Source of the DNA: the human T2T-CHM13v2.0 reference genome, Homo sapiens
Reading direction: 5' to 3' (one strand)
DNA: 64,000 nt
Assembly: GCF_009914755.1 (NCBI RefSeq)
Contig: NC_060935.1
Positions 41,029 through 53,783 of the stretch are shown one piece after another (position 1 is the stretch's first letter; every line of letters begins with the position of its first letter). The translations under genes and the position numbers were made by a program. The notes below the pieces were generated by a model. It had not been told where the DNA came from and made no database searches. It saw only the letters and a program-made list of their open reading frames with translations.

Positions 41029-41450
41029 AATGGTATCTTTGATTAGCAAAAGGAGGAAGGCCGATTTATCAATTTTTTTCTTTTAGGGTCTTTCTCTTTT
41101 TTCTTGTCTAAGAAATCTACAACAAAGTTGCAAAAATATTGCCTTATGTTTACTTTTAGAAGCTTTATAGTTTTAGCTTTTATATTTAAGTCTATGACTC
41201 CTCTCAAATTAATTTATGTACATTATACAACTTAAATTTTGTGTTATGGATAAATTTTATATATCTTTCTATAAGGATAATCAGTTCCAGTATCATATGT
41301 TGAAAAGACTACACTTGTCTGACCTTTGTCAAAGATCAATTAAGTGTAAATGTATAGATCTATTTCTGGACTCTTTTTTTCATTGTATTGATTTCCTTGT
41401 GTATTCTAACATCAATACCAGACTATCCTGATTACTGTAGCTTTGTCTTG
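41029..41450 (-). mobile_element. Old L1M host (continuation)
   Basis: agaagctttatagttttagcttttatatttaagtctatga..cagttccagtatcatatgttgaaaagact. Confidence 0.7.
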
Positions 41451-41509
41451 AAAATAGTTTACTGCATAGATTACTGTAACTTGCACCCCAGAAACAGTTA
41501 GGTAAGTCC

Positions 41510-41967
41510 TCTCCGATTAAGAGATGGAGTCTATCCCTCTATCTCTTGAATACATGTGGGCCTGTAATTGCTTTGACTAATATAATATGGTAGATATGTT
41601 TCTATGTGACTTTTTAAACTAGGTCAGAAGAAGCCTTGCAGCTTCTGCCATGGTTTCTTTGAATGCTCACTCTAGAATAAGCCAGGCAACACGTAAGCAC
41701 TCTGCTTATCCTGACACCACCATGATGTGAGGAAGTGATGCATGACCAGCCACAGGTATTCTAGCCATTCCTGCCCAGATTCCAGACATGTGATCAAAGT
41801 AGTCTTCAGATGACTCTAGCCCCACATGACTTTAACTTTGTCAAAGACCCTGAAGAAGAACGACGCAGCTGAGCCCATGTGACCCATAGAGTTATGAAAG
41901 ATAATGATTGTTTGTAAGCAACTAAGTTTTGCTATAATTTATAATATAGAAATAGATAACTAGAACA
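41510..41967 (+). mobile_element. MLT1 (G/H-like) LTR
   Basis: aagagatggagtctat..ctaggtcagaagaagccttgcagcttc..cagctgagccca..aatagataactagaaca. Confidence 0.7.
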
Positions 41968-42102
41968 GTAGAGTATTAGAAAAAAACAAAATTTTGAGGG
42001 TCAAGGGGACATGGACTCAAATTTTGAATGTGACTTTGAGCAACCACTATCAAATTACCAGTCTGAGGGCTAAGGAACTTATATACAATTTATCACATCA
42101 TT

Positions 42103-42463
42103 TACTCCAGTTCAAATGTGTTCCCCAAAAAGTATGTGTTAGAAATTTAATTGCCATTGGTGAGACCTGTAAGAGATGCCTAATGGCTATGTGAATTGTG
42201 CCCTCATGAATGGATTAATGCTGTTATCACATGAATGGATTTGTTATTAAGGGAAGGGAGGGTTGGCCCCTTTTTACTCCCTCTCTCTCTCGTCCTACTT
42301 TCTGCATTCCACCATGAGATGACATTGCAAGAAGGCCCTTGCCAGGTGCTGGCACCTTGATCCTGGACTTCCCAGCCTCCAGAACTGTGAGAAATAAACT
42401 TCTGTTTATTATAAATTACCGTCTATGGTATTCTGTTATAGCAGCACAAAGTGGACTAAGACA
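42103..42463 (+). mobile_element. MST (MSTB1-like) solo LTR
   Basis: ggacttcccagcctccagaactgtgagaaataaa..ggactaagaca; 5-bp TSD tcatt/tcgtt. Confidence 0.85.
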
Positions 42464-43049
42464 TCGTTGAAAAAATGTTTAAGTACCTACTGAGGACAGG
42501 GAGTATGCTTAGGATATACAAATATGAGGATAACACAGCTCCTCCTGTCACAGAATTTACAGATCAGTGGAGAAAATAGACATGTTTCCCTACTAAGGTA
42601 GCTGATGAAACTGTTTTTTGTTAGTAGCAATTGCTATGGCAAATTCTAAGAGAAATAGCTTTGCTAATCTGGATTCACACAAAACCAATATGTACAAAAC
42701 ATCAGATAATGAGTATGTCATGGCCCATCTGACTTCCCTTTTGTACTGGTTACTAGGAAGGTCAGAACTGAAGGTGAGATTCAGCCCTAGTTGTTTCTAA
42801 TGTCTCCACTCTTTTTCTTCAACATGATTTTCCATTTTCTAGTTCTAATGTTAAATTCTAACTGCAAAGGTATTATTGTATTTGGAATAAGTTGGGGTAA
42901 AATTGTGAGTAAAATGTGTACTATTCAAATTGAAAGCGTAGTTCCAGATCAATTAGAATTGTCCCATTCTTGTTTTTGTGCTTGGGACAGCACATGCTGA
43001 GAATGTGTCTTTACTACAACCACTATTAAAACTACAACAGTTTATGCTA

Positions 43050-43255
43050 CTGCTAGTAACAATCACAGCTGAATGTCTGAGCATAGTACACCAGGGACTG
43101 CACTAAGTACTAAAATGAATCATTCAATATCATTTCACAACAATCCTGTTATGTAGGTATCACTATGATCCCACTTTTAGAGATAAGGAAGCTGAGATTT
43201 GGAAAGGTGAAGTCATTTACTTCAGGTAATACTATGACAAGGAGTGTCAGAGGCA
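43050..43255 (-). mobile_element. MIR
   Basis: tcacaacaatcctgttatgtaggta..cccacttttagagataaggaagctgag. Confidence 0.65.
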
Positions 43256-43854
43256 GCTCATTACATAGTTCGTGCTTCAGCATTAGGTGTTTGATGCTTG
43301 TGGGTCTAGGGAAACAGTGCTTGGATGGACTTTATTGATGGTCCAACCTGGCACAACCCTATTCTTTATTCAAAGGCTTTTCCTGGCAAGACCCAGGAAT
43401 TCTGGGTTCCTATAGGGGATGACTAACCAAGGTCCTCTCCATCTCCCCCTGTACAGGGAACCCCATTTTTATAAATACTTGTATTCATGGTCCCTGAATC
43501 CAAGGCAAATATTCATAAAATAGCCTGTGTTTGCATTCATAGAGACCAGAGGAAACCAGACAATGGACAAAAGAGAGAAGTTAAGTTCTGGCAATTGTTT
43601 CAAAATGTTTGAAAAGTTAGCAATGATGTTCAAAGCATACATCCCTGGCATCATTAAAGCCCCCTTCCTTAAAAGCTCAAAGGAATATCTCCCTAATCGA
43701 GAAAATACAGACAGTGTAGTGGGAAAGGGTGGAAGACATATTTATTCAGAAGCAGAAAGGGTAGTAACAGGTATTAAGCACCAGCATGTGCCGTTCTTTT
43801 TATATGCATCTCTCATTTAATCTCCCCTCATCCAACCATGAGAAGTGAGACCAA

Positions 43855-44040
43855 AGACCCTGGAGTCCGATGGACTCCGCTGCGCAGCAGTGACCTTGGC
43901 AGGTTGTGTATTCTTTCTGGGCCTTGTTTCCTCATTTATAAAATAATAATAGTACTCACCTCATAGTGTTGCTGTGAGGATTAATTAAGATAAGACATGT
44001 ACAGCATTTTGTAGGGGTATGATAAATGTTAACTACTATA
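43855..44040 (+). mobile_element. MIR
   Basis: gtgaccttggcagg..tctgggccttgtttcctcatttataaaa..gtgaggattaattaagataa. Confidence 0.7.
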
Positions 44041-46560
44041 ATTATATCAGGTGCTGAGCTTCCATAGGGGGAATGTAGTTTGCCCTTTTACTTGTTTCAG
44101 TGGACAGGGCAGGAGGGGCGGGAGGGGAAGCAGTAGGCTTGAGGGTCCGGGGAGACAGTACAGCTGGTAGTGTTTGGGTCCTAGGTGGCTAGCATCTCAA
44201 AAATGTTGAGTGTGCTTGTCATATTCCAAATCAAAAGCGATTTTGGTAACATTTAATAGTGGTTTTCTTTTTTAAAAAAGTCTGTGCTTGTCAAATAAAT
44301 TATGTGTGTGTCAATCCTATAGCAGCTTCCTCTAGAAATTGTGATGATTTTGTCTCTGTGATTAGTTGAAATGTTATTAAGTTGGATATTGTGTACCAAT
44401 TCCAATTTTAGAACTTCTGCAAATTTGTTAAAAGCCCCTTTTGTTGTTGTTGTTGTTTTTCTCAGCTAAACTAAGGGAACAGGTGTGGGCTGCCTAACTT
44501 GTCATCTAGTTCCTAGGGGAAGAGAAGTGGCAAGTTCCAAGGCCACTTCCTTGGAACTGGAAGAGGAAGCAGAGATGGGCCACCCTCCCTACCAGCATGA
44601 AGAGATGGAATATGAGTCAGATGTAGTGTGAGTATAGATGTGGGTTCCATCCTGCTTGGCCCTTCCTGGCTTGCTGACTTTAGGCACTTCCCTTCCCTCC
44701 TCTGCTAGTTTCTTTTTTTGTAAAACAAGAAGGTTAGAATCCTTGATATAACACGTTTCTCCAAACTCTACAACTTAGGGCTTTGGTGTTCATTTACAGA
44801 AGAGCTTGCCCTGTCAGGCAAGCTGTCTGTTCTACCAGGCAGATTTGGAAATGCTTCCCAAAGCAGATAGTGTGCACCTTGAATGGTGGTGGAGAAATGT
44901 CTTGGAGAATAAGCAGGGCTTGGCATTATAGTCAGAGAGCACATGCTGAGAGTGAGTGGGAAGAGGGTCTGGGAAGGAATTCAGAAGAAAGAGTAGGTTG
45001 GGAAGCAGACGGAAAAAGAGGAGAGTGAAGTAGAGAAGGCACCATAGCAAAATGCTCCAGGTCCTGGGGAGTCATCCTGGGTTGTCCCACAGCAAAAGAA
45101 ATGTACAGTTACTGATGGACATTGAGAAGGAGAGGTCAAAGGGGCCTTAAATCCAAGGATAGAAGGGAGGCAGTGGGGGACTCAGACAAGACCCCAGGAA
45201 CATGGGCTCTGTAAGTTCCTACTCAGCCTGACCTCAAGCAAGAGACTTCTCTTCAGGCCTCCATTTCTTTGCCTATACTATGAAGCAGATGACACTCTTC
45301 CCAACTCAGGAGCTATTGTGATGAGTAGATGAGATCACGCAGGTGGTGGACAGCATATTATCTGTCTGTTGTGAACTTTTAACAATGGTTGCTATTTTTA
45401 TGATTTAGCCAGAAGGAGCTCATAAGAATAAAGGGGGATAATGGGGGCCAATCCTGGAGCCTTAAGAAGAGATGTAGGGGGTCCTAGCATGGCAGGCGTC
45501 CTAGATTTAGTGGTGGAAATGTTCCCTAAGGGACAGAAGCAAAGACTGCAATAGGTGCTTAAGATTCAGAGATCCTGGAGGTCAGAAGAGAGAACAGCAG
45601 CAATGACAAAGACTGAATTTCCTGCCAGCCAGTGTTTGGGGGACAGGAATGGTGGTGAAATTAGATTTATTTTAATTAAAGAGAATAAAGCAGTGTGAAT
45701 GTCTCACACACTTGAATTTGTGGAGTAAGATTTGCGCCCTTATATCTGCTATTCCAATATGTGGTGTGATTGTGTGTAAAGAGAGAAAAAAATAAATCCA
45801 GAAATAATGAACTTCAGGGAGGAGGAATAGAATTTCAATTTGAGTTTCGTTCAAGAAAAGATGAGAAAGATAAATTGTTACACATAACTACATGGCCCAC
45901 TTACCTCTCACTTTCATACGTGATCCTTGGGGCCTCTGGTTTGGAAAGTCAGAACTTTGAAGGAGCAGAATTGTTTTTCACTAGAGCATGAGGCTGGGCT
46001 GTCTTCAAACTGTTCCCCGCCTTCAGAATGGAGGTAGTATGTCCCCAGTTTCCAGGCTCACCTGGGCAGTCTCCCCACCCACCTATACTATGTTCACCTC
46101 CCTTATCCCCAATGCTACCTTAATTACCCTGAACCTTGGGAGACAAACACACCAACCACATAAGCTCTCCAGGGGAGGGTCTGAGCCTATGAGTTTAAAG
46201 GGCAAGATATCACAGTGAAACCCAGAAAGCTGGCCTGGCTGGATCATAGACGACAGCTGGGGGATGAGAAATAAGCTTGAGTTGAAGCTTCCTTTATAGG
46301 AAGCTGAAAATGGGGCAATTTCTATAGGGAAGGAGGGAACCGCAGTGTGGAGGGAGAGAGGAGCAGACAAGGACAAAGGAAAGGTTACTTCCCATGGGGA
46401 GTGGGGGAGCTAGGTCTGGGGATAAAGAACAGACCTAACATGAGGCTTGAGAAGCCAGATAAACCAAAACATGACCTTAGTAACAGGCACGCTTGCTGGA
46501 GCATCCCCTAGGGACCAAGGGAACACGCAGAGCCTTTGTCCTAGGAGGTTACCTCTGCTT

Positions 46561-46917
46561 GATGGTTTCCAGGCTGCGCTCCTAAGAGTCCTGGGGCTCT
46601 CAGTAGGTGTCCCAGGGGCTCTTGTGAAAGTAGGGGAGAAGGCCGGGTGCGGTGGCTCATGCCTATAATCCCAGCACTTTGGGAGGCCAAGGCGGGCGGA
46701 TCACGAGGTCAAGAGATCGAGACCACCCTGGCTAATACGGTGAGACCCCGTCTCTACTAAAAATACAAAAAATTAGCTGGGTGCGGTAGCAGGTGACTAG
46801 TCCCAGCTACTCAGGAGGCTGAGGCAGGAGAATGGCGTGAACCCGGGAGGCGGAGTTGCAGTGAGCCGAGATAGTGCCACTGCAGTCTGGCCTGAGCGAA
46901 AGAGCGAGACTCCGTCT

Positions 46918-46955
<38 letters not shown>

Positions 46956-47170
46956 GGGGAGAAAGGGGAGGTTAAACTGCTGGGGGTAGCGGGGAAGACG
47001 AGAGGGTAGAAGGAGCCCTCGGCCTTCTGATTTGCTTCAACGAAGCTGCTGCAATCTTATGTTTTTAGTATATTGGGATTTTTAATATTTTTGTCCAGGA
47101 AAAAAAAGGTCCCCCCCCCCCCTTTTTTTTTTTTTTTTTTTTTTAAGAAAAAGGTTTTAAAATTAGTCTG
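46561..47170. mobile_element. hAT-Charlie MITE remnant (MER112-like), interrupted by AluY
   Basis: tggtttccaggctgcgctcc..aggtgtcccaggggc and ttcaacgaagctgctgcaatcttatgttttt..tatattggg. Confidence 0.4.
46641..46952 (+). mobile_element. AluY-family SINE
   Basis: ggatcacgaggtc, gagaatggcgtgaacccggg; many CpGs retained; pure A34 tail; TSD aaagtaggggagaa (46627-46640 / 46950-46963). Confidence 0.95.
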
Positions 47171-48124
47171 GTGATATGGACATATGATAAAACCCAGGAA
47201 AAGTGATTTTTCTTCAATTATTTCAAGTCAGCTGGCAAGCTGACTCTCCAAGGAAAATAGCCATCAGCCGAAGCCGGGAGCACCCCTGGCTGCTGTGTTC
47301 AGCTCAGACAACACCACTGAGGAGCCAAGGTGAGGCTATGCAGTTGGAAGGGATCCTGGGGGATCCTGGGGGCTGCTGGCTCCTCTCCAAAGCAGGCCTA
47401 GACCTTTCTTGCTGGACAGAAAGGAAGAAATGACACCAGAGAGGTGGACATGACTCCCCATGGCTGAGTCTTTGCTTCAACCCTGGGGAATTCCCAAAGC
47501 TCTCACCTGTTTGAGATACTTCATTAAATGCCTGCGTGAATTTCTCTAGCTTCATCCCCCACTTTCTTCCTTGCACTTGACACTCCAGTAGCACCAAACT
47601 GCTGATAGTTTCCTCAGCCCCACAATGACATTTAAAGATTAATTATTTCATTAACTTACTTGTTTACTTCCTTATTTGCATCTTGTCTCTACCTGGAATT
47701 CCTTTTTCTCCTCTCTGCCAGTTTATCCTAGTTCAGACTTCACCTCTTCCAAGCAGCTCTCCACTTTCCCTTGTGTAATATTAATCATTTGCTCTTGGGG
47801 TCCCACTCTTTTGTCTTAAACTAAATCCTATTTTGAATTTATTACCCAACTATAAAGAGAAATCTCTATATCCCTTAAAATGTAGGTAAAATTAATTTAT
47901 CCTCACATTCCATGATCTATAGAAAGTTAAAGCCTTTCCTAAGATGTTTGCTAATTAAGGAGCTTGGGGAGAGAAGTGAATTGTGAAATTACAATTACTC
48001 TAGTTTCAGGCTTCAACATCTCCTTAATTTATGCCATTTATGTATATTCTAATTACCTTGTGCATGCAATTTTTAGTTTAAGGTTGTTGATCAAAGCTTG
48101 GAACTTACCCTTCCTTGATTTCTA

Positions 48125-48388
48125 AAAGATATAAGGTATAGAAAAGACAATTCTAATCTACAATGGCGGAAAGCAGATCAGCGGTTTTGTAGGGCCAGAG
48201 GTGGTAGGAATTTTCTGGGTAGAGTTACAAAGAAACTTTTTGGGATTACGGAAATGACCTATATCTTGACCAAGGTAATGATTATACAGCCATATATATT
48301 TATCAAAACTTATCAATGAGTATACTTAAAGTGTATGCATTTTGTTGTATGTAAATTATACCTCAATGAAGTTCATTTTTTAAAAAAA
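48125..48388 (+). mobile_element. Old L1M (MD/ME) 3' end
   Basis: gaaagcagatcagcggtt..ttgtatgtaaattatacctcaatgaagt. Confidence 0.75.
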
Positions 48389-48389
48389 G

Positions 48390-48640
48390 TATCTTCCAGA
48401 GAGGCTTCCCTGACTTCTCCAACAGATTTAAGCACTACCTCCTTAGAACTTCCATTGGTCCCTGTGTCGTTATTATAGTATGAATCATACTGCTATGATT
48501 GTCTGTTTAGCTGTTTGCTCTCACTCTATCCTATAAGCCTCTGACAGTCAAGAACTATATTGCATTCAACCATTGTATTCACAAGAGCTGGTACAGTGCT
48601 CAATCCATAGTAGGCACTCTGTATGAGTGAATGGAAGAAA
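48390..48640 (+). mobile_element. L2 3' end
   Basis: tcttccagagaggcttccctgac..catagtaggcactc..gagtgaatg. Confidence 0.6.
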
Positions 48641-48716
48641 GACTGAAACACACTCAAGACAATGTCCTGAGAGCTTCTGAAAGTTGAGAGGCTCCAAGCA
48701 TCAGAATGAAGGAATA

Positions 48717-48836
48717 AAGGTGGTGCCTACTATCCTAAGAAAGAAGCTGGGCTCAGACTGCTGAAGACCAAGAAGCACAAAGAAGTCTTCAGCAGTCTCA
48801 GCCCAGCTTCCTTCTTAGGATACTAGGCATCACCTT
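48717..48836. repeat. Inverted repeat: 52-bp arms (48/52 complementary), 16-nt loop
   Basis: aaggtggtgcctactatcctaagaaagaagctgggctcagactgctgaagac / gtcttcagcagtctcagcccagcttccttcttaggatactaggcatcacctt. Confidence 0.95.
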
Positions 48837-49321
48837 CAGTCTTCTCTTGCCTCTCCTCAGATATTCCAATTCAGAGAGCATATGTGTGCATGTGTGAGCC
48901 CATGAGTTTGTACATGTGTATGTGTGTGTTCTTTTGCATTATGTATAAATTTGATTGCATGCTTATGTACAAAATATAATTTTGAGAGTGTCCCTAATAT
49001 GTCCCTACAATTATTCCAAATATCAAGATAGGTTCCAAGTCATTCCTAGTGATTTTGGCTCTGTAGTCTCTGCTAGAATTGCCTTTACCAGTCAAGGAAG
49101 GGATACTGGACACAATGAAAGATTGCTGGCTTGGTTCCCATATTTGGCTCTCCCAAGAGACTTCCACAGGCTAGTATGAGGTTGGGGGAAAAAAGGGAAT
49201 GGGGAAACAGCTAGATAACAGGAGAATATCTAGTATACCTTTATAACCTGAATCCATGCATGCATTTTTGGCTTCAACTTGCTTGTCCAAAGGCAATTCC
49301 TTATTATATAGCCTGGGACCA

Positions 49322-49645
49322 GATTTTGGCCACATTAAGCAATGAAATGAAGATGTAATCGCTTGTGTTTGCTTTTGTTTACACCCAAAGTTGTTAGATG
49401 GATGGCACGTGAATAGAGCAATCTTTCTGGGCCTGCTTTCTCACCACCCTTAGATATGACCACTGAGCTCCCTGTGGTTTGTGCTGGTTGCTCTCACATT
49501 TCTGCCAGCTTGGGGGACATCTGCCAATCACAGTTCACTGGGCACAACAGAAGTGAGGTGGGGAGAATCTCCCTGTACATGCCAATGCAGTTAGCTTCCT
49601 GACAGTGCCTTCACCCATCCATTCAGTTCAACTGTCCATTTATTC
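49322..49645 (+). repeat. 324-bp direct repeat, copy 1
   Basis: Ungapped match to 51747-52070; about 30 mismatches by manual count. Confidence 0.95.
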
Positions 49646-49850
49646 TTTCATTTATTTATTCACCTGATGGCCTGAGAGTCTCTGAACTTACAACCTGAGG
49701 ATCCAAGGCCTTGAGTGACAGAGCTGTATGACAAAGCAGGAAATTTCCATAGTAAAATGTAAGGGTGAAACCTGAAGGATTTAAAAATATGTCTCTGGGA
49801 CAAGATGGGAAATACTGAATTGGGGAGTAGGTGGGTTCATGGCAGGGGAT

Positions 49851-50503
49851 TGTATCAATTAGGGTCCAGGCAAGAAAAGAGAAAAATCACTCTAGGTGTT
49901 TTAAATATAAGAGATTTAATGTAGGAGTTGTTTGCAAATATTTAAAGGGTTAAAGAGCAAAAGAAGGACACCGAGGCAATCTAGACATCACTATCCTCAG
50001 GAAGCAGTTACCACTCCTAGGCATGTGTGTAGTAGGAAGAGGTGGGATGATCGTCAGAGATGAGGAACATGGAGGAGAGCCCCCTGCCCCCCACCCCTGT
50101 GACTGGTTCTTGGGCATGTGGGGCAGGAGTGGCTCATGGCTGGACCTTGGACCTCTGAGAGGTGGAAGACGGTTGATGCTTAGACACCAAAGGAGCCTAT
50201 CCGTAGCCGGCTGGGGCTGGTATCTGAGACACTATACCTAGGGGGACCCAATGAGGCTGGCCACTGAGGCTACAGCTGTCTTCTTCTGCTGGAGAAAAGT
50301 TGACCAGAAGTGCAGACAAGAGGAAACACCTTCTCTCCTCCTACCGCCTTCTGCTCACACCCTAGTGCCTCCCATGGGCAGGATATAGCAGGAGGCCAGC
50401 TGGCAAGGGAAACTGAGAGTGAATTATTCAGGCCCCAGCATTGCAGAGCAGCACCTGGAAGGGTGAGCTCATAGCTGGGAGGCAGTAGGTAAATAACCAG
50501 CAC
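49851..50503. mobile_element. Old ERVL-type LTR remnant
   Basis: tgtatcaattagggtccaggcaagaaaagag...aggtaaataaccagcaca; TG..CA ends, family uncertain. Confidence 0.45.
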
Positions 50504-51174
50504 AGGCACCCACAGTTGCAGTGGCACAGGGGTGGGGGTGCGCCTTGCTAGCTCCCAAGGGATGAAGTTGTAAGAATAGCAAGGAAGAGCCAGGGAAGTC
50601 ACTGCCATTCAGCTGCCAGAGAGGGCAATTTCAAACACCTGGCCAGTCTCACAGAGCTCTTGCTCCTCAGGGCTCAATACAGGCCCAGCCCTTGATCTGG
50701 GCTTCAGCTCTGCAAACTCAAACTCCAGTCTGTGAATTCACTCTGGGTGATCAGGGCCACACCAACCATGTTGACTGGGATGAACCTGGGAAATGGTTAC
50801 TGCTGCACCATACAGGAGGGGGCTTTAGCAACAGGACAAGGTATGTTGCCAACCAGCTTGCAGCCTCAGATCACAGCAGCCACACCCTGGAACAGTCAGA
50901 TTCTCTGACTCGGCATTTCCTGGGCTCTACCACATCAACAGCTTTACATATTTCTGTTTATCTTCCTCTGATCACATTTCAATCTTGGGGACATTTGGGG
51001 GACACTTTTGTCTGTGCACATTTGTAAGCTAACCCCTCATGGAGTGCTACAGAGGACATCTGTTTTTTTGGTTTGGGGTTTCTTTTTATTCTCCTTATCC
51101 TTTATCCCCTTCCTCTATTAGCAAACTGACTTGCTCCCTCTCTCTCTCTTCCCTCCCCCATATCCCCCTTTTTT

Positions 51175-51570
51175 CCAGGTAGTTTTGATGAGTCTCAGTA
51201 CCTTGGTCTCCTCTGATCACTAGGCTGGGAATAGTATCCATTACTCTGACCACAGGGCTTGAGTCAAGGGTAGGGGCATGAAAGCCAAGCAGCACCAATT
51301 GGTATCCTTCCCTGGAATTGTAAACACATAAGGCCTCTCTCTTTCTTCCAGGGTTCCCACACTGGCATGATGAAAGCCTGGAGCTGTCTACGAGCATACA
51401 GACCTTGGGGAAAGAGGAGGAAGTCATAGTGTAGCGCAAAGCTGAACCTCAAGAGGGCAGGAATGCTGATGACATCATTTGAGTCTCTGGGTCCACTCCG
51501 CCCTGTTCTTCCCAGTTATGTGAATCAACCAAGTCCCTTTATTCCTTCACCTAATGTGAACTGACAAATC
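51175..51570 (+). mobile_element. MLT1J/K-like LTR remnant
   Basis: aagcctggagctg..ctgatgacatcatttgagtctctgggtcca..ttcccagttatgtgaatcaa. Confidence 0.5.
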
Positions 51571-51746
51571 TCATTCAATTTATGGCAAGGGAGTGAGATT
51601 TAATAATCTGGTTCTTAGATTCTGGAAATGATTCTTATTTAGTGCCAATACTCCTGTATGGGTGAATACATATCTATTTTTGAGAAATCAATACACATTT
51701 GTATGCCAAGGCCAAATTTTGAACTTTTCTTTTAACATCAGATGTG

Positions 51747-52070
51747 GATTTTAGCCACACTAAGCAATGAAACTAAGATGTAATCACTTGTGTTTACTTT
51801 CATTTGTACCCTAAGTCATTAGATGGATGGCATGTGAATAGAGCAATCTTTCTGGGCCTGCTTTTTCATCACCCTTAGATATGACCACTGAACTCCCTGT
51901 GGTTTGTGCTTGTTGCTCTCACATTTCTACCAGATTGGGGGACGTCTGCCCATCACAGTTCACTGGGCACAATAGAAGTGAGGTGGGGAAAATCTCCCTG
52001 TACATGCCAATGCAGTTAGCTTCCTGACAGTGCCTTCGCCCATCCATTCAATTAAATCATCCATTTATTC
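51747..52070 (+). repeat. 324-bp direct repeat, copy 2
   Basis: Ungapped match to 49322-49645. Confidence 0.95.
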
Positions 52071-52423
52071 ATCAGTTGTTTTTTGAGTTCAGACCCAGAG
52101 ACAGTACTTGGTGTTGGGGACACAAGTGAGACACATGCCTGTCCTAACTAAGCTTATGGCCCAATGCAGAAAGCAGACCAGGCAAGTACACTAGAGTGGA
52201 GTGTTGCTGGGATAGAGGAAGTGCTGGGTGCTAAGGAAAACATAGAGGAGGCACCTAGTTCAGCTTTGCCAAGGAAGTGGGACACATGAATGGTGAGTGG
52301 GAGCTGGCTAGACAGAGATGGCAGAGTGAGGAGGCCATGGAGCCAGTGGAGGAGGAACAGATCACAGCTAGCAGATAAGAGCTCTTGGTAGAGCAAACAT
52401 CAGGTGTAAAGACTGGGAGCTGA

Positions 52424-52679
<256 letters not shown>

Positions 52680-53189
52680 GAGCTGAGAGGAACAAAGAGA
52701 ATCTCAGTCCAGCTCAAGTTTTCAGCATGAAGGGACAGAGAAAAGGCTATCGTGGCTCATTTTTCCCTGTTGAAATGAGCAGCCATGGCAGCTCTTCCCT
52801 GGCACCAAGCTTGGGAAGTCGGCACCTTCTCCAGTCTTCATGTCAGCTGTGGAGATGCAGGGAGTCCTGCTTGCTAGCAGAATAAGAAAATGGATTCCTT
52901 CAATTCAATGCTATCCAGTCTGTAGCATTAATCCTCTCTTCCCCTCTCTTCCTGTGGAAAAGCTTACTGGCTCACCTATTTGGAAGGAGTCCTAAGGACA
53001 GGGAGGGTAAAGGAATGTTAGCAGGAAAGCTGCAGGAAGTTAGAGAAAGTCTAGGGCCAGTTTCTGGCAGAAAAAAAAAAATTTCCCCCTTCCCCCTTGG
53101 GCAGTAAAGAAGAAAATTAAATGAGAGTGTCAAAACGGTTTGCTGATGTGCAAACCGTTTACTAGACCTTGGTCAAGGTCTAATATCTT

Positions 53190-53500
53190 TTTAAGAATGA
53201 CAGCTTTGGAATTAGACCTTTTGGGGTTCAGATCTCAGCTCTTCCTTTTGATTGGCTGTGGAGCTGTGGGTAATTTGCTTAATCTCTTTGAGCTTTCAGT
53301 TCACTATGAAACACGACCATGTGGAGATTAAAGAATCAAATGTACTACCCAATACACAGTAGGTATTCAATAAATGACAGATATTATTACTTTTAGGTGA
53401 TATAGATATCATATTTTTGTGAGGATTAAATATTTTAATCCGTGTAAAGTGATTGGCCCATGAGAAGCACATGTGTTAACTGTTACTACTACTGTTAGCT
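53190..53500 (+). mobile_element. MIR fragments
   Basis: agctttggaattagac..gctgtggagctgtgggtaatttgcttaatctctttgagc..gtgaggattaaat. Confidence 0.6.
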
Positions 53501-53594
53501 ATTATCAGAGATAGCTGTGTATGGAGAATTCCTGAAACCTCCAATCCTCTGAAACTAGAGTCAGGAAACAGACTTTGACACATAGACCAAAAAC

Positions 53595-53783
53595 AGAGGT
53601 GACAGGTTCATCTTATGTACCAACTGGCCAGTTGGCAATGAGTGCCTAGAATGTGCCTGAGGCACAATTCTAAGAGCTATCTGGCTCAGTAGGGAAGAGT
53701 ATGCTATGATCTATTAGTGAGATGTCTGTTCTGGGTGGCAGAGAGAGTCATGTCAGCATGTGTGCTATAGATTTGCCTTCTTT
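53595..53783. mobile_element. hAT-Charlie MITE (MER103-like)
   Basis: cagaggtgacaggttcatcttatgtaccaact..ggctcagtagggaagagt..attagtgagatgtctg..atttgcc. Confidence 0.45.

Noticed and set aside
49322-52070. LTR retroelement (two LTRs plus internal region)
   Set aside because: No TG..CA termini, PBS/PPT or short TSD; the interior holds unrelated old LTR remnants.
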